A stretch of 9,209 nt of DNA from Octopus sinensis (Eukaryota): the NCBI RefSeq assembly GCF_006345805.1, contig NW_021827986.1, positions 1 through 9,209 of the forward strand, written 5' to 3'. Every line of letters starts with the position of its first letter. The stretch's first letter is position 1. The notes under the pieces are model-generated. The model did no database searches, was not told the DNA's origin, and was given only the letters and a program-made list of their open reading frames with translations. Below, one piece after another: positions 7,165-9,209 of the stretch. A program made the position numbers and the translations under genes.

Positions 7165-7604
7165 TCAGTGCGAAACGTCAAAACAATGCGGGATAGCCGA
7201 AGACATATGACGGAGCTATAATTTTGGGGAGGAAAACCCTTCACAAAAGCTGTTTACAAGGAATAGTTTTTGCAGTAATCTGGTCGGCAGGAGACAAGAA
7301 CTACAAGCAGCAGTAAAACACTGCAGTTCCGCTTAAAAATACATTCATCGGTGGATATGCACCGACAAAAGATGCAGGCACTTTAAGTTCAATTTTAAAT
7401 TTAAAGCTGACGTGGGTGGCATTTTGCCCAGAATACCGAAACCAGACAAAATCGTTTTGTTGGCCAATTTCAGTGGGGGACTTGAAGATTCCAATCTATG
7501 GAATGCCACTAAGCAAATGCTTAACCCAAACACTGAATATTGTTTTATTCTTTACAAAATGGGAAGAGTACGACGTAATAATCAACAACACCGTATATAC
7601 ATGA
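7165..7604 (+). pseudogene. Decayed apurinic-like endonuclease (APE) domain of an RTE-clade LINE
   Basis: Collinear motifs across frameshifts and a stop: FWGGKP (7222-7239), GIVFAVI (7260-7280), TFIGGYAPTKDA (7341-7376), ILPRIPKPDKIVLLANFS (ORF 7412 frame) and LFFTKWEEYDVIINNTVY (about 7545-7598). These correspond to RTE motifs YTFFWKGKP, GVGFAI, TIISAYAPT, LSSIPKxDKIILLGDFN and LLLTKCAEHDLVITNTLF as I recall them. Confidence 0.75.
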
Positions 7605-7886
7605 AAAACAGTAGCTGAAAATGCACTGAGAATAGTTAGAATATTTTTATTAATATATTATATTCAAGGCTTTAACCGATTTATATATATATACTGTTGT
7701 GTGTGGGGAGATTCATTCTCTTTTAGTGCCTTATAATTTAACACACACACCGGTAGAATTTCCACTCATTTCATTATTTATTTTTCTAAACAACTATGAA
7801 CAACTAATTGAAAAGTTTGCAAGACGCAACGAAAATTTTTGGAGAATAAAGAAGGAAATGAGTGGAATTTTACCAGTGAGTGTGTT

Positions 7887-7894
7887 GATATAAT

Positions 7895-7975
<81 letters not shown>

Positions 7976-7988
7976 CATATATATATAT

Positions 7989-8032
<44 letters not shown>
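7887..8032. repeat. (TA)n microsatellite
   Basis: Directly visible. Confidence 0.95.
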
Positions 8033-8035
<3 letters not shown>

Positions 8036-8241
8036 GAAGCTTTATGAAAATAAACATAAGACGAAGGCTGGTGGAATACAAACAAACAATTGTATTAGTA
8101 TGGCGCTCAGGAATATAAATAAAACAAGTCTTTTACGTTTCGAGCCTACGCTCTTCAACAGAAAGATACACAGAAAAGAAACACGGAAAGCAACAAGGAG
8201 AGAAAAAAAATGCGTGCAGAAGCTAGCGAATCAACATGGCG
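8033..8241 (-). mobile_element. Short (209-bp) Penelope-LTR-like / retrozyme-like element inserted in (TA)n
   Basis: Unique-sequence island bounded by (TA)n on both sides. It contains the PLE-LTR signature CTGnnGAAGAGC....GCTCGAAACG on the minus strand. Confidence 0.65.
8129..8166 (-). ncRNA. Minimal type I hammerhead ribozyme motif with variant core
   Basis: Minus strand UCUUU-CUGUUGA-A-GAGC(GUAG)GCUC-GAA-ACGU-A-AAAGA. Stem I is 5 bp, stem II is 4 bp, stem III is the palindrome ACGU, and the GUA cleavage triplet predicts a cut between plus 8134 and 8133. Confidence 0.7.
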
Positions 8242-8354
8242 ATATATATATACATACACACACACATACACGCGCGCGCACACACACACACACACGGACA
8301 CACACACACACATGCACATACATATATATATATATATATAATATATATATATAT
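8242..8354. repeat. Compound (TA)-(CA/CG)-(TA) microsatellite
   Basis: Directly visible. Confidence 0.9.
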
Positions 8355-8622
8355 GAATATTGACATTGCCCGAAGCCGACGATTAGTCAGATGATGAGCA
8401 GAAAATTGGCCGACCAGATAGAGAGAAGGCCAGACAAACAGACAAACTGATAGACTGCGCGTGGGCGCGTCAGTCACTTGTTTCGTGCGTTGCTTATCAT
8501 CTTTCCTAACGGCACTTACTGAAAAGACTCGTGCAAACATGTAATTTGGGATTGGGGATGAGCTGCCATAACTGCATCCGGTCATCTTAATTACATACAC
8601 TCGGTCGAGTTTTGATTATTTC

Positions 8623-8950
8623 ATACGCACGCACACACACAAACACACACACACACACACAACACACACACACACAACACACACACACACACACACACAC
8701 ACGCAGTTATGTACACGCATGCTCACCAGAATATACAGGCGATTTTGTGTATAACCGTGTGCACAGATGTGAGCGTGTTAAGATATTTGTTATTTTAAAT
8801 ACACGCATGCACTTACGTATGCATGTGTGATTGTATGTGTGTGCGTGCATACGTGTGCGCGTGTATGTGTGTGGTCGTGCGTGTGTATTCGTACGTGTGT
8901 GTGTGTGTGTATTCGTACGTGTGTGTGTGTGTGTGTGTGCGTGCGTGCGT
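8623..8950. repeat. Alternating purine-pyrimidine region: (CA)n 8623-8702 and degenerate (TG)n about 8820-8950
   Basis: Directly visible. It includes a 24-bp tandem duplication (ATTCGTAC at 8887 and 8911). Confidence 0.9.
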
Positions 8951-9098
8951 GTTCTATATATGCCGTTGTTTGTATACACATTTGTATACATGATTATGGA
9001 CTTCCGTTGGGTAATTCTGACTTTTCTCCAGCATATCCTTGTCAACTACAGAATGCTACAACCCTGAACCGAGCGTTAATGGTAATAACGATCTAGTG

Positions 9099-9209
9099 CA
9101 GAGGTTCTCAAACTTCTTGGGCCACCCCACTCTCATGGCCACACAATACCCTCAGTGCCCCCACCCCTACTTTTATGCATAAATAAATATTTTATATATT
9201 TTACTAATT
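9099..9209 (+). mobile_element. Probable left end of a hAT (Charlie-like) non-autonomous DNA transposon, running off the window
   Basis: CAGAGGTTCTCAAACTT resembles Charlie-type TIRs (CAGnGGTTCTCAAA). The preceding 8 bp ATCTAGTG fit the NTCTAGAN target preference with one mismatch. The other end is not visible. Confidence 0.5.

Noticed and set aside
8514-8819. Minus-strand GTAAGT donors (plus ACTTAC at 8514 and about 8810)
   Set aside because: A lone hexamer is expected several times by chance in 9 kb on two strands, and neither has an abutting acceptor or a convincing exon.
8100-9096. HTHT and CVCV ORFs
   Set aside because: They are (CA)n/(TG)n translations.

Overview
Non-coding, AT-rich, microsatellite-dense eukaryotic DNA. 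The SINE sequences resemble ones I recall from Octopus/coleoid cephalopod genomes; this is recall, not a search. I find no intact protein-coding gene. The listed ORFs are translated microsatellites, repeat interiors, or (7412-7618 and 7416-7604) pieces of a frameshifted RTE-type LINE endonuclease remnant spanning about 7165-7604. The window is a mosaic of three tRNA-headed SINEs, three unrelated fold-back (MITE-like) elements, a non-autonomous Helitron, a degenerate 56-bp minisatellite, a probable hAT end and many simple repeats. Three observations stand out. (1) A tRNA-Asp(GTC) copy and a SINE appear to have inserted as ONE unit: they share a TACACT target duplication, and removing them restores the 56-bp phase of the host minisatellite. 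(2) A 209-bp element inserted in (TA)n carries a minimal, Penelope-type hammerhead ribozyme fold with a non-canonical core (CUGUUGA). (3) A polypyrimidine-AG|GTAAGT junction with a second GTAAGT 52 nt downstream matches recursive splice site plus RS-exon architecture, suggesting the window lies inside a long + strand intron. All alignments and counts were done by eye.
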